A stretch of DNA of 64,000 bases, taken from the NCBI RefSeq assembly GCF_902713615.1, contig NC_052172.1, positions 3,844,001 through 3,908,000 of the forward strand. The letters run 5' to 3'. Origin of the DNA: Scyliorhinus canicula. Its lineage: Eukaryota. The position numbers and the translations under genes were made by a program. How positions within the stretch are numbered: position 1 is the stretch's first letter; each line of letters opens with the position of its first letter. Under the pieces are notes generated by a model. It searched no databases, was not told where the DNA came from, and saw nothing but the letters and a program-made list of their open reading frames with translations. Shown here one piece after another: positions 34,686 to 48,335 of this stretch.

Positions 34686-35380
34686 GGGGCGGTGCAGTGG
34701 TTAGCACTGCTGCCTACGGCGCTGAGGACCCAGGTTCGATCCCGGCCCCGGGTCACTGACCATGTGGAGTTTACACATTCTTTTTTTAAAATAAATTTGC
34801 AGCACCCAATTCTTGCTTTTCCAATTAAGGGACAATTTAGCGTGGCCAATCCTCCTCTCCCCATGTCTGCGTGGGTCTCACCCCCACAACCCAAAGATGT
34901 GCAGTTTAGGTGGATTGGCCACGCTAGGGGCTGTTTAGCTCACAGGGCTAATCGCTGGCTTTGAAAGCAGACCAAAGCAAGCCAGCAGCACGGTTCGATT
35001 ACCGTAATAGCCTCCCCGAACAGGCGCCGGAATGTGGCGACTAGGGGCTTTTCACAGTAACTTCATTTGAAGCCTACTCGTGACAATAAGCGATTTTCAT
35101 TTTTCATTTCATTTCCTTATTTTAAAATTTAGAGTACCCAATTCATTTTTTTCCAATTAAGGGGCAATTTACCGTGGCCAATCCACCTAACCTGCACATC
35201 TTTGGGTTGTGGGGGCGAAACCCACGCAAACACGGGGAGAATGTGCAAACTCCACGGACAGTGACCCAGGGCTGGGATCGAACCTGGGACCTCGGCGCCG
35301 TGACTCAGAAGTGCTAACCACTGCGCCACTGTGCTCCAAAGTGGCCCTTAACTGGAAAGAAAATAATTGGGTACACTAAT
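34686..35380. mobile_element. Nested SINE stack: a type-d host SINE split by three insertions
   Basis: Host pieces at ~34686-34780, 34855-34926 and 35337-35380; inserts at ~34790-34850 (-), 34927-35110 (+, different tRNA-like head) and 35125-35335 (-). Confidence 0.8.
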
Positions 35381-36170
35381 TATTTTTTTTTATTTAATAC
35401 GTTGGAAGCTGGCATTTAATTAATTTGTTAAGTACTATTTGTTCCCAATTTCAAGTTCTGATTCCTTAATTCTACTTTTAAACGTATTTTCCCGCTTTCC
35501 CAAGCTCTTTGAAGGAGGACAAGGATATGGTGTCCTGTGGGAACAAGAGTCTGTCAAACAAAGTTATCATTAAGCTGCTCTGAAGTCCATTCACAGGTTG
35601 TTGTTACACTGTTCAAAAGCATTGCCTTGCGTTAAACCTTCAGACCAAGAATTGCAATGTCTCGACAACACTAAGTATCGTTAAGACAAGATCAGATGCA
35701 CACATGTGAAGTGTGGCTCCCGGCACACTTCCCACAGCGCCGTGGAAAAACGCCGTTTTCTCTTTGAGTTTGAGCTAATCAGCGACTGCAGTTCGTGGGC
35801 TGGTGCTAACAGACGTGGGAAAGGCTCCAGATTCCCCCTCTCATCTCACAGTTCACTTGGACCCTGAGCACACTCCCCACAGAAACACTGCTACCCGGCT
35901 GAAGTGGCTATACGGCTGACATTTGCCTGCTTTAGAGCTGGCATTTGACTCTGGGCAAGTTTCCCATCGTCTCACGTCATCTCTGAATTATAACGGCCTC
36001 ACTGTTACCTGCCTATAGCTTGGCACAGCACAGAAGCAGGCCATTTGGCCCATCACACCGTGCCAGCTCTTGGAAAGAGTTACCAATTACTTTCATCCTC
36101 CTGCACTTTCCGTCGGCTCCGCAAATTTTGCTTTTTCAATCAGGCATCCAAATCCCAAATGACAGCTGAG

Positions 36171-36477
36171 AATAATCTTTAGTGTCGCGAGTCGGCTTAC
36201 ATTAACACTCAATAAAGTTACTGTGAAAAGCCCCCAGTCGCCTTATTCCGGCGCCTGTTCGGGTACACAGAGGGAGAATTCAGAATGTCCAATTCACCTA
36301 ACAAGCACGTCTTTCAGGACTTTCGGGTGGAAACCGGAGCACCCGGAGGAAACCCACGCAGGCACGGGGAGAACGTACAGACTCCGCACAGACAGTGACC
36401 CAAGCTGGGAATCGAACCGTGGGTCCCTGGCGCTGTGACGCAACATTGCTAACCACTGTGCTTCCCCCGTGTTGCCC
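36171..36477 (-). mobile_element. V-SINE-like SINE, tail c
   Basis: Head, core and tail-c motifs. Confidence 0.88.
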
Positions 36478-37427
36478 ATTCGGCTATGATTGAATCTGCA
36501 TCCACTGCCATTTTAGGAAGTGCTTTTAATGAATTCAATGTTAAATATCCTTTTTGGGTAGGAGGTCTGTGTATTTATTTTAATTTGTCAAGTGGTTGCC
36601 TGTATTATATTTTCTGTTATTTGCGCCCCTGTGTAGCACTGTGTTACCGTGCCGCATTTAATTACAAATTGAAACACATCTTTCAAACAGTGGCCTTCAA
36701 ACACATCTTCCAATTTAGCACATTGAAGATATTAAGTTTGGAACACTTGCTATCAGTATATAACAGATGCAGCACCGGTACTATGCTATAGATGTCCCTT
36801 GGGTCTGAGAAGAAGGATTCACAAAACCTTTTGGAGCTCCTTCTGGGCGCTTTCATCAAATTTGTGCTTCAGTAATTGCCTTGGCTGGCAGTTTGCAACA
36901 TGGTTCTATGTTCCAGATGTTAGCTTGATATTGGATGTTTGCCCCAGTACCCCGGAGTGCTGGTGTTGATATTTCTGTCAATGCGACACCACTGAACCTA
37001 CAAATGATTAGCCTTGGGCCGTCCATGCCGTCACCACCTTCCCCAGTGCCTGCAGAGAATGTGCCTCTGGCACTGAGCTTGTCACGGAGCTGCACTGATC
37101 TAACCAAAAACAGGGCCTGCACTCAAGCTGGTCTATTCCGTCGTGGTCTTGGTTTTCCAAGATTTTCCCACCTGACATTAAATTTGGTGCAATGTAGCTC
37201 CGCAATTGTAGGCTTCACTTGACCCTCCTGTGATTTAACCTCGAAGTTTGCTAGTCCTGAAAACAAAGGCTGCCTTTGTGGGAATTGACGGCAGGCTCTT
37301 TAAGCGGTGGTTATAAGTCAAATCTTCTAACTCACTGGACGCATTGCTTCACTCTCGGAATAGAAAATCATCCGGGAGCTTGTGATTTTTTTCCCCCCCT
37401 GGTGATCCTGAGTTATTGCGAGCTATC

Positions 37428-38595
37428 ATGCAGAAGGAGGCCATTTGGCCCATCGGGTCTGCACCAGCCCTTGGAAAGAGCACCCTAACCAAGCCCATAC
37501 CTCTTCCCTATCCCTGTAATCCCACCGAACCTTTTTGGACACTAAAGGGCAATTTAGCACAGCCAATACACCTAACCTGCACATCTTTGAACTGTGGGAG
37601 CACCCAGAGGAAACCCACCCAGACACGGGGAGAACATGCAGACTCCACACAGACAGGAGCCCAAGCCGGGAATCGACCCTGGAGCTCTGAAGCAACAGTG
37701 CTAACCACTGTGCCACCGTACCGCCCCGTGAACTTCTGTGCATTGGTTTTAGGAAATTGGGGAGCCAGTTGTCAAGCTGGTAGGTTTTTGTTTTACGTTG
37801 GGATTGTCGGCCTGACATTGGATATGAAGCTTGAAGTTAGGCTGACCACCTGCAGCAGTCCGTCCTGACAGTGCCGTTATCATAGATCATCATAGAATTT
37901 ACAGTGCAGAATTGTGGCACCATCGCAACAAAGGTGGCTGGAATTGTGTTTGTTGAGGAGCTCATTGTTATCGTAACGATTGTGAGTCTTGTGAAAAAGT
38001 GAATCTCGGCTGCTGTTAGCTGAATAGCTAGCGGTCTGTTTACTCTGAAGGGGGTTGTTAACTTCAGGCAATCCACACCAGCAGTCAGCAGCAGTCCCAC
38101 TTCAGCTGAAGGCAATGCAGTGTCCATAGCCGCTCTTATTGGGCATCATTCGCTATAAATAGGCAACACGCAGAGATCTGGATTTTTAAAACACGCACAT
38201 AACGTCCCGAGAGCTTCAGAGATGTTAGAATAAAAACCGTGTTGTCAGCGCCAATCGTGAGCCGATGTTGTTGTCCGTGATCTGCAACTGGCCTGAACCA
38301 CACTGGGCTGAGGGGTGTGAATAAATCACCTGGCATCTTATTGCTATTCATTGAGCACTGCTCGAAAAGTTTGTGGATTTGAGGGCAGCACGGTGGCGCA
38401 GTGGTTAGCATTGTGCCTCAGCGCCAAGGTCCCAGGTTCAATCCCGGCTCTGGGTCACTGTCCGTGTGGAGTTTTCACAATCTCCCCGTGTTTGTGTGGG
38501 TCTCGCACCCACAACCCAAAGATGTGCAGGGTCGGTAGATTGGCCACGCGAAATTGCCGCTTAATTGGAAAAAATGATTGGGTACTCTAAATTTA
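37428..38595. mobile_element. SINE copies at 37428-37726 (-) and 38382-38595 (+)
   Basis: V-SINE motifs; the sequence between them appears unique. Confidence 0.8.
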
Positions 38596-39871
38596 TATTT
38601 TTTAAAAAGTTTGTAGCTATTGAGTCTAATGTCCTGCGCAAATTCAGGCCTGTCGATAAAGAATGGCCGTATGGGTGAGGTATCAGGAGGGTGCGCTACA
38701 CCGGTAAGAAGTGATACAGTCGGCTGAATGTACCAGTTTTTGTCGGTCTGGAAAGCAGAGGTTCTCACAGGTTTCACCTGCAGCTAGTGTTTCACATGTG
38801 CCTGAGGTGAGAGTGCTAACACCTCACCCCCAGTGTCACATTATACTCAGCACATGCCGGCAACACTCCCATTAGGTGAGTCTGTGAACCGCGGCGCTAC
38901 CTCCGAGATTGAAGTGGTGCTATTGGGCAGCACACACAGCCCTTTGATATACAGTCGCTTTGAAATAGTGACCGGTCATCAAAGAAAAGCTTTGATTCTC
39001 ACTCACATTGCTAGGAGTTCGTTCCCATTTGTACAGGAATTTCCCAAGAGTTTTTTTTTTGTTGTAAAGAGATACATCGCTTCTCAAGGTCTACCCTGGG
39101 AAACATGCATTACTTAAATAATAGACGGCTGCAAAGGAGTAGTATCATGAAAAGATGTATTGGTCCTGTGCGTCCCTTATCTGTACATCTTTCTCCTCAA
39201 TTTAGCCCCTCCTTTCCTGAAGGCACTGAATCTCACTGGCTACACAAACGCTTACTCGGGTATGGATGTCACAGGCACTAGCGTCCATTTGATGACGCAC
39301 CCAAATCCAAGACTTCATGTGTGAGCCAAGGATTATCTAAATGTAGTTTTAGCACAGTTGAGCTGATTTCTGTTCTTGCTTGCTGTACAAATTTGGATAC
39401 TTGGGACCTGTAGGTACTGGATAGTGGGAAGTTTTTAATACCCGTTTTTCATGTTCTCATTGTCAAAGGATTTCTTTGGAAACCTGAATCATGGTTCAAT
39501 AGTTAACAGTTCCCAGATTCTTTGTGCAAAGAGGATGATAACAAATGGCCTGTGCCCAGATGCCCGCCAATGCCACTCGCCCACAGGTTGAATTAGTTCT
39601 GTTGTTCTATTCTGTGCCACTGTTTTGCACCTCCCCTTGGCACCCGGATTGAGACCAAAGCCGGAGGGGGGGAGGGGGGGGGGGGGGGGGGGGGGGGGAC
39701 CTCCTCACAGATATAATTGTGGCATTTGTCTGATTTGTATCGGGACCAGGAGTTCGAGATCTCAAGATTAAAGTGCTCCAATCTTATCGAGCAAGCAGAT
39801 GGGGACCGCAGGAAATTCATCGGGAAGCAAGACTTGCATTTGTATAGTGCCTTTCATTTTCCAATGTGCTT

Positions 39872-40693
39872 CAGTGGTTCGCACTGTTGCTTCACAGCAC
39901 CAGGGTCCCAGGTTCGATGCCGGCATGGGTTACTGTCTGTGCGGAGTCTGCACGTTCTCCCCGTGTCTGCATGGGTTTCCTCCGGGTGCTGTTAGGTGAA
40001 TTGGACATTCTGAATTCTCCCTCCGTGTACCCGAACAGGCGCCGGAATGTGGCAACGAGGGGCTTTTCACAGTAACTTCATTGCAGTGTTAATGTCAGCC
40101 TACTTGTGACACTGATAAAGATTATGATTATTATAGATGGGACTTTGGTTTAACATTGCATTCAGAAGATGGCACCTCCGACAGTGCAGCACTTCCTCAA
40201 ATGATGCACTGGAGTGGCAGCCCACGTTTCATCGTTAAAGTGGGACTTGAACCTACTTACGTCTCACTCAGAGGTAGGAGTGCCACTGGAAAGCTGAATC
40301 ATGGTTCTCTGAAGCCAATCCATTCAATAGTCAACAGTTCCCAGAACATTTCATAGAATTTACAGTGCTGAAGGAGGCCATTTGGCCCATCGAGTCTGTA
40401 CCGGCTCTTCGAAAGAGCACCCTACCCAAGGTCCACACCTCCACCCTATCCCCATAACCCAGTAACCCCACCCAACACTGAGGGCAATTTTGGACACTAA
40501 GGACAATTTTAGCATGGCCAATCCACCTAACCTGCACATCTTTGGACTGTGGGAGGAAACCGGAGCACCCGGAGGAAACCCACGCAGACACAGGGAGGAT
40601 GTGCAGACTCCGCACAGACTGTGACCAAGACAGTGACCGAACCTGGGACCCTGGAGCTGTGAAGTAATTGTGCTCACTACAATGCTACCTTGC
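39872..40693. mobile_element. Tail-c SINE (39872-40133 +), Deu-SINE fragment (40135-40297 -), tail-a SINE (40351-40693 -)
   Basis: V-SINE motifs; Deu-like TGTCGGAGGTGCCATCTTC on the minus strand. Confidence 0.82.
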
Positions 40694-41009
40694 TAATGTA
40701 GATGTTCTAATAAACAGGTAAACAATTAATTAGAGGTTATGCACATCACATGAAGAATGGCCCTTTGGGTGTGAAGTAGAGTGTACCCAGTCCTGTGGAG
40801 TTGTATTCTTCTGCGTGAGCACCTTTTTTGGGGGAAGGGGGGCGTGAGATGAAACATCCTCTCCTACTCTTCGAATAAGAGCATGTAAATAAATTGACGG
40901 CTGTGTTTTGTCTACGTAACAGTGACCACACTGCGCAAGTAATTCATAAACTATGGCTCACTTCTGGATATCAGACGAGGGTGAGAAGCACTGCAGAAAT
41001 GTGCCAGTG

Positions 41010-41568
41010 TGTTATGGGAGAGGTGTTTTCAGAACCCCAAAATGTATCATGGAGTTCAACCAACCCCCACCTTTAATGGATTGTTGCTTTTGACGCACAC
41101 GGCTTGTTCCCCAGGTGTAGTATTATAATCATGGACACGTGGTTTTTAAAGCAAAACAATGTTTATTCCATGAACTCAAATCAACCTTTTAAATAAACAG
41201 TGGATCTCTTAACACCCCTTACTTCAAAGATAACCCCGAAAATAATACAGCACTACCCAATCCTGTAAACTGTTCCTTTACACATCCAAAAGACTTAACA
41301 AATCCTTCAAACAGAAGCACATTAAATTTATATTCAATACTGAGATCTTTTTACAATTCCGATTTCACCAAAGGATTAAGAGATAGTCCTTCCTGGCAGA
41401 GATCACCAGCAATGCAGCTCACAACCACACCCAAGCTTTCTTCAAAACTGAAACTAAAAAACTCCCAAACGCAGAAGTGAGCTCAGCTCCACCCACTTTC
41501 TGACATCACTATTTTCTTAAAGGTACATTGCTTAAACATCCATTTCTTAAAGGTACTCTCACATGACA
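41010..41568 (-). mobile_element. Solo LTR related to 23083-23671
   Basis: The minus strand starts TGTCATGTGAGAGTACCTTTAAGAAATGG and ends CCCATAACA; 4-bp TSD AGTG/ACTG. Confidence 0.85.
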
Positions 41569-42826
41569 ACTGTTAGAAAGAAAGGAGATGCAATGGGCAA
41601 CCTGGCATTTGTGACAAAAGGCAACCTTTTTAAGGGCGAGGAGTGGAGAGATGGTGAACTTTGGGAGCGAGAGAGAGACTGCTGAGATGACATAGGATGG
41701 ATGGTTTTGGAGGCAGCCACGTTGCCAGCCTTGACCATCAGCGGACGTGATCAAAGCCCGAAGTTTCATTGGTGTCTAATGGAATAGATAATATTAGTAA
41801 TAAAGCAGGTCCTCGCAAGAGTCATGAGCGTCAAGAGAGGGCAGAACTAAATACTTGAGCGGAAAGAATTTGCCGGACTGTGGCGGAAGAGGACGGGAAT
41901 GGAAGTAAGGAGTTAGCGCACATTTGTTTGGATGAATGACAACTGCATCATGTGACACTAAAGCATTTAAAAAAAATAAATGGCAACAATTGCAAAATAC
42001 CTGAAGGACTGTGAGGAAAGCAGGTGACTGCCTGGGACTCTGAAAACCGAGAAACCCGGCGTGTCGCCCGTGTAACTTGGTTCTCACCCTCACACGTCCG
42101 CGATAGCTGGGGTCAAAGAACCAGGATTTTTTTTTTGTGTGTGTGTGTGTTTGTTGTGTGACTGCAGCACACTTCTTAAACTCAGCTGAAAAAGTCACTT
42201 CTCCTTTGATCCTTTGGCTGTAAATGGCGCCCTCCTCTTTAGAAGGTGACACGCCCCTTACGGCAAATCGTAGAGCAGTGAGACCCCTTGCAAAGAATAG
42301 GAATCGAATGGGTGAAGTGAATGATCGCGCTCATTGAATTCAACAATCTGCTGGCGATGATTATTGAAACTCTTGAGGAAGTTGCACTTTTTAAAGTACC
42401 GGCCCCAGTTGTAAAAATGATGCCACTTGTGCCACAGTGGGGCTGGGCGTGCTAGCGTCGGCTTTGAAAAGGAATTAATTACAGGCCCATTTGATTACAG
42501 TTTATAGCCCTGTTATCTGGGCACTTAGCATATTGATGTAAGACTATTAGATTTTGTGGAGTCTCCACCTCTGCATGCGCCAGGTGCTGCTGGAGATGTT
42601 TGTTAATTTTCCCGGGATTCACCCCTTTATGCTGTAAGCCTGTTTCAGAATCTACAGTTTGCGCCGTTAGTTATTGAGCCCCTTACCTGAGCTTTTCTCC
42701 AGTGAAGAAACCGAGTTTCTGAGGACAGTCCACAGCAAAGGGCGGCTGCTGGCAATGTTTTTTCTTAACGACAGGTACAATGTCAGATATCCGGCAACCT
42801 GCGGACAGAGTCCGGGCTGGATTTTT

Positions 42827-43330
42827 AATAATAATAATCTTTATTGGTGTCACAAGTAGGCTTACATTAACAGTGCAATGAGGTTACTGTGAAAATCCCC
42901 TGGTCATCACATTCCGGCGCCTGTTCGGGAACACTGAGGGAGAATTCGGAATGTCCAATTCACCGAGCGGCACGTCTTTCGGGACTTGTGGGAGGAAACC
43001 GGAGCGCCCGGAGGAAACCCACGCAGACACGGGGAGAACGTGCAGACTCCGCACAGACAGTGACCCAAGGCCGCGAATCGAACCTGGGACCCCGGAGATG
43101 TGAAGCAACGGTGCTGACCACTGTGCTACCGTGCTGGATCCTGCTGATTTTTTATTTTCATTTTTCCCAATGAAGGGGCAACTTAGTGTGGCTAATACCC
43201 CTACCCCGCACATTTCTTTGGGTTGTGGGGGTGCGACCCATGCAGACACAGTAAACTCCACACAGACAGTAACCCAGGGCCGGGATCAAACACTAGTCTT
43301 TGGCAGCAGTGCTAACCATGTGCCGCCCCT
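42827..43330 (-). mobile_element. Two SINEs (tail c 42827-43135; type d 43160-43330)
   Basis: V-SINE motifs. Confidence 0.85.
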
Positions 43331-44429
43331 GAATCCTACTGACTTTGGGTCGGGTGGCTTGGACTGGGCTGTTAGTACAGCATTAGGTCAAAGTTTGCTC
43401 TGACCAATCAGACAATAGGAAAAGATAGACGCACAAAACATACCGCAACACCTAGCCCAACAAGCCATTAAGTTATTTTACTCCTCTAATATCGATTTTT
43501 AAAATGCATGAGGGCTTTTAAAAAAAAATTCTCTTTTCGGGCATTGCTGGTTTTCAGGTCGTCTGATTTGAGACACTACCTGGTAACGTTTTCCTCCCTT
43601 GAAAGAATGGCGTGGCTATTGTGTAAAAGTGTACAACCGCTTACGCCGCACACACCTCCGCTTACACAACGGCAGCCAACTTTGTCCTTTATAAATTATC
43701 CCAATTCCCAGGAATGCGCACAGGTGGAAGAAGATTCCGACAGTTCCAATGTGCAAGATGTAGAGTCTTTACCAGGAAAAGGTTTGCCCATAGTTAGGGA
43801 CATTCTTGGACTCGGCTTCAAATTACATTGCCAATGATAACCCTGCTCCTTCAACAAACCATTCTCCAGTCTAGTCACCTTGTCACTCTGCCCCATTTTC
43901 TCACCATTTCGATGTCCAAAATATTCCTTCAACCTCCAAATGTGGTTATGTTAAGACAGTTAAAGAGTGGAATACGATTACACTTTTATGCCAACAAAAG
44001 CTAGGCCTCCGTGCCATGTTTAAGCCGTTTTCCGTGCTCAAACCATGATGACAGTTCTGGGGCACATCCACCGTGGGGGCACCGTGCCCAGGTCCAGGGC
44101 TATTTTAAGTTGGGTCAAACCCCCCCCCGCCCGAGAGCAGTGATTTCTAGTCCGCAAGTGCAATTGGCTACACACTCCTCCTATGATCGTAAGATGGTCT
44201 GTAGGGGTGTGATCATATCGCCATCGTTGCACATCTCAGCCAATCCCAGTGGATAACAATCCAGGATGAATGGTGTTCATTTATTTTCCCCATCCCAGTT
44301 GTGACTGTCCAACTGCAGCTTCCGCAATGACGAAGCGACGGGTTGCTCAGCTGGTTTGGAAATTGGGATCATCATGGCTAGTGTGACTCAGTAGCACTCC
44401 GGACACCGTGTATGCTAGTTGAGCGTATT

Positions 44430-45727
44430 GGCGGCACAGTGTTTAGCACCGCGGCCTCACAGCGCCAGAGACCCTGGTTCAATTTAGGCCTAGGGTGACT
44501 GTCTGTATGGGGTTTGCACTTTCATAGAATCCCTGTAGTGCAGACAAAGGCCATTCGGCCCTTTGAGCCTGCAAGACTCTCCAAAGCGGCACCCTCCCAG
44601 GCTCACCCCCTCAGCCTATTCCAGCTAAGCTTTTGGACTCTAAGGGGGCAATTTTAGCATGGCCAGCCCACCTAACCTACACATTTTTGGACTGTGGGAG
44701 GTAACTGGAGCACCGGGAGGAAACCCACGCAGACACGGGGAGAAAGTGCAAACTCTACAACTTCTCCCCCTGGGTTCCCACCGGGTGCTCTGGTTGCTTT
44801 CCACAGACCAAAGATGTGCAGGCTAGGTGGATTCGCCTTGCTAAAATTGTCCCTTTTTGTCCAAAGATGTGCAAGTTAGGTGGGGTTACAGGGACATGGC
44901 AGGGAAGTGGGCCTGGATAGGATGCTCTTTCAAAGCGGTCTGACAGTAGCATTGTGGATAGCACAACCGCTTCACGGCTCCAGGGTCCCAGGTTCAATTC
45001 CGGCTTGGGTCACTGTCTGTGTGGAGTCTGCACGTCCTCCCCGTGTCTGCGTGGGTTTCCTCCCGGTGCTCCAGTTACCTCCCACAGTCCAAAAATGTGT
45101 AGGTTAGGTGGGCTTAGTGTCCAAAATTGCCCTTCGTGTTGGGTGGGGTTACTGGGTAATGGGGATAGGGTGGAGGTGTTGACCTTGGGTAGGGTGCTCT
45201 TTCCAAGAGCCGGTGCAGACTCGATGGGCTGAATGGCCTCCTTCTGCACTGTAAATTCTATGAAGACTCTGATGGCAACACGGGTTGAATCTGATCATCT
45301 CTCGATTTGCCTTTCCAGCCTAGTTTGCGGAATAGTGATTGGTATCAGGTGCATAGGCCGACTCCTCTCCACTGAACCAAGCTCCGTTGTGGCCAACTTT
45401 AACGCTTCTGTTTAGGATGGCACAGTGAGTCAGCACTGCTGCCTCACAGCTTCAGGGACCCGGGTTCGATTCCAGCCTCGGGTGGCCGTCTGTGTGGAGT
45501 TTGCGCGTTCTCCCCGTGTGTGCGTGGGTTTCCTCCGGGTGCTCTGGTTTCCTCCCACAGTCCAAAGATGTACAAGTCAGGTGGATTGGCCGTGATAAAG
45601 TGCCCCTTAGTATGCTAACGTGAAATGGGGTTATGAGGATAGGGTGGCGGACTGGATCTAGATAGGGTGCTCTTTCAGAGGGCCAGTGCAGATTTGATAG
45701 ACTGAATGGCCTTTGCACTGTGTTCTA
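44430..45727. mobile_element. Nested SINE cluster in both orientations
   Basis: At least four V-SINE copies or fragments. Confidence 0.85.
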
Positions 45728-46236
45728 TGACATCGCCCCATTGCTACTACAAGAAGTCCTTGCATGTCTGTAGTGATCCCCCAGGTGCCGGAATCGTACT
45801 TGGTTTACTGTTTTATTAAAGGGGTTAATGCGACGAATGTTTAGCATGAGTGGAAAAGGGATGAGAGAGAATTGGGGTGTGTGTGGGGTGGGGTAGTCTG
45901 AAGTTGCACTCAAAGAGAAGGATTTTGAGGAGCTCCTTTCTCTGAGTGCTCGACAGGATGACTGAGATGGCAACTAGACGAGGTATTCAGAGGGCAAAAG
46001 CGTAGTGGCTGAACTGGTGACGTGGAGGGCGCAGGGAACAAGGAAAAGCCAAACATTGGAGACTACATCAGTTTGCGTCAGGCTCGCCTCGTGACCAGTT
46101 GCTATACTCCTTTTAGCTTTTTCATATGTATGTTTATTTTTTTAAAAAGTACCATCCTAGTCATCCCCAAATCCAAATTGGTACCGATTTTGGCGAGTGA
46201 TAATACCCCAGCATGGAACTGCAATATGCAGGCCTT

Positions 46237-46237
<1 letters not shown>

Positions 46238-46284
<47 letters not shown>

Positions 46285-46314
46285 CCCCCCCCCCCCCCCC
46301 CCCACCCCTCCCCC
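46238..46314. repeat. (CT)n microsatellite followed by poly-C
   Basis: Read directly from the sequence. Confidence 0.95.
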
Positions 46315-47103
46315 GATTGAATGTGCAACAGCTGGGACCAGTGGAAGCATCTCTGGGGCAGAATTCATTCATCCTTGTTCTGTATTTTCCTCCGGTTATG
46401 CCGGAGGGCAGGTTTGGGAGACTGACAGCAGCAATGGACCAACTGTGGGAGTGCAGCTGAGAGCAGGTCCTGTTCCCACACGGTCCCATTCGAGAGGCAG
46501 TGCAGCGTACTGAATATAAAATAGGTCGTCTCGGTGTCAGTGTTGATGAGTGCAGGCGATAGAGGTGATAATGTGACAAAAGTAAGGAATTGAGTAGGCT
46601 GCTGTACATTGTGAGCTCTTGTTAACTAGTTAGATTTCAAACATTCCTTCTGATCTTTGTTTGGAAAATTGCTTATTCCAGCATTCTCCCCTCTTCACTC
46701 CCAATTGCTCTCGAGAGTAATCAATCTAAATTGCTTTGCTTTCTCGGTAAAAATTGCATTCTGCCCAGTTAAATTCCTTTGGTGAAACACTATCCTTGTT
46801 GTTCATTGTGAATCAGATGTGTAAATGTATCTTAACGTCTTCGCTAATTAAATGCGGCTCTTTAACTGTGGACATTGTAAATAAAAGATCCCATTAATAT
46901 TGTAATACTCGGCTGCCCAGCTTGTTTGGTTGAGCAGAAACTGGAGCTGCTTTGGCGTTGCGCTGAATGCTGTTGGTTCCCAGAGTTCAGCCCAGTACAG
47001 CCAGCAGCATCGTCAAAAGGTAATTTACAAAATCCAGCAGGCAGCAAAGCATTATATTTTTTAAAAACGCATCTTCCTTGCTACTGCCTTTATCTAAGAG
47101 TAC

Positions 47104-47617
47104 AATAATCTAATAATCTTTATTGTCACAAGTAGGCTTACAATAACACTGCAATGAAGTTACTGTGAAAATCCCCTAGTCGCCACACTCTGGCGCCTGT
47201 TCGTGTACCCAGAGGGAGAATTCAGAATGTCCAATTCACCTAATCAGCACGACGTTTCGGGACTTGTGGGAGGAAACCCACGCAGACACGGGGAGAACGT
47301 GCAGACTCCGCACAGACAGTGACCTAAGCCGGGAATGGAACCTGGGACCCTGGCGCGGTGAAGCAACAGTGCTAACCACTGTGCTACCGTGCTGCCCAAT
47401 AACCAAATCAATCTGGCACTGGATATGAGAAGAACCTCCTCTTTATATATAGAAATAAATTTTTAAAAAAACATTTATTCACGCCGCCGAGGACCGAGTT
47501 CAATCCCGGCCCCGGGTCACTGTCCGTGTGGAGTTTGCACATTCTCCCCGTGTCTGCGTGGGTTTCACCCCCACAACCCAAAGATGTGCAGGCTAGGTGG
47601 ATTGGCCACACTAAATT
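47104..47617. mobile_element. SINEs at 47104-47397 (-, tail c) and 47480-47617 (+)
   Basis: V-SINE motifs. Confidence 0.85.
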
Positions 47618-48144
47618 AGACATAGATTTACCGTTCAAATACAAAGCCCTCCCATGTTCCTTCTCTTGATCTGCCGTGCCTCTGTAGGTTGGAATCAAAT
47701 CAAGGTTTTGCTCAAAGGTTAACGGGTGTAGGCGGCAATGGGAGGTGACTATCCGATCAGCCATGATTTTATTGAATGGAGGAGCAGGTTGGAGGGGCCG
47801 ACTGGCCACCTCCTGCTCCCAATCCATACGTTTGAATATTGTTCCCCAGACATTCGCCTAAGGCACCTTCCCGCACCTCCTGACAGCTTGTGTAGCACCT
47901 GCATAGCTGGGAGTTGAAAAATAAATCTTGGCTAGAGGTTAGGCAAATTTGATGAGGGACACGAAGATCAAGGAAAATGAAGAAGAATAGTGTTGTCTAC
48001 AATGCAGCAACGGTGTACTGGGGTATTTGGCATCTTATTTTATTTATTCTTTCAAAATTAAACTTAACCAATGTTTATGATCAGTTGGAGGTGTTGATCG
48101 TATAATCCCTGCAGTGCAGAATAGTGATACCATGAGATTATGTT

Positions 48145-48335
48145 GGTGCGAGCTGGTGCCGGGCAGCGCTTTGCCGGGTGCGAGCTGGTGCCGGGCGGCG
48201 CTTTGCCGGGTGTGGGCTGGTGCCGGACGGCGCTTTGCCGGGTGCGAGCTGGTGCCGGGCAGTGCTTTGCCGGGCGCGAGCTGGTGCCGGATGCGAGCTG
48301 GTGCCGGGCGGCGCTTTGCCGGGTGCGAGCTGGTG
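48145..48335. repeat. 32-bp GC-rich minisatellite, about six units
   Basis: GGTGCGAGCTGGTGCCGGGCGGCGCTTTGCCG-like units at 48145, 48177 and onward. Confidence 0.93.

Noticed and set aside
23083-41568. A single 18-kb LTR retrotransposon bounded by the two LTRs
   Set aside because: The LTRs are inverted and diverged, each has its own TSD, and no gag-pol lies between them.
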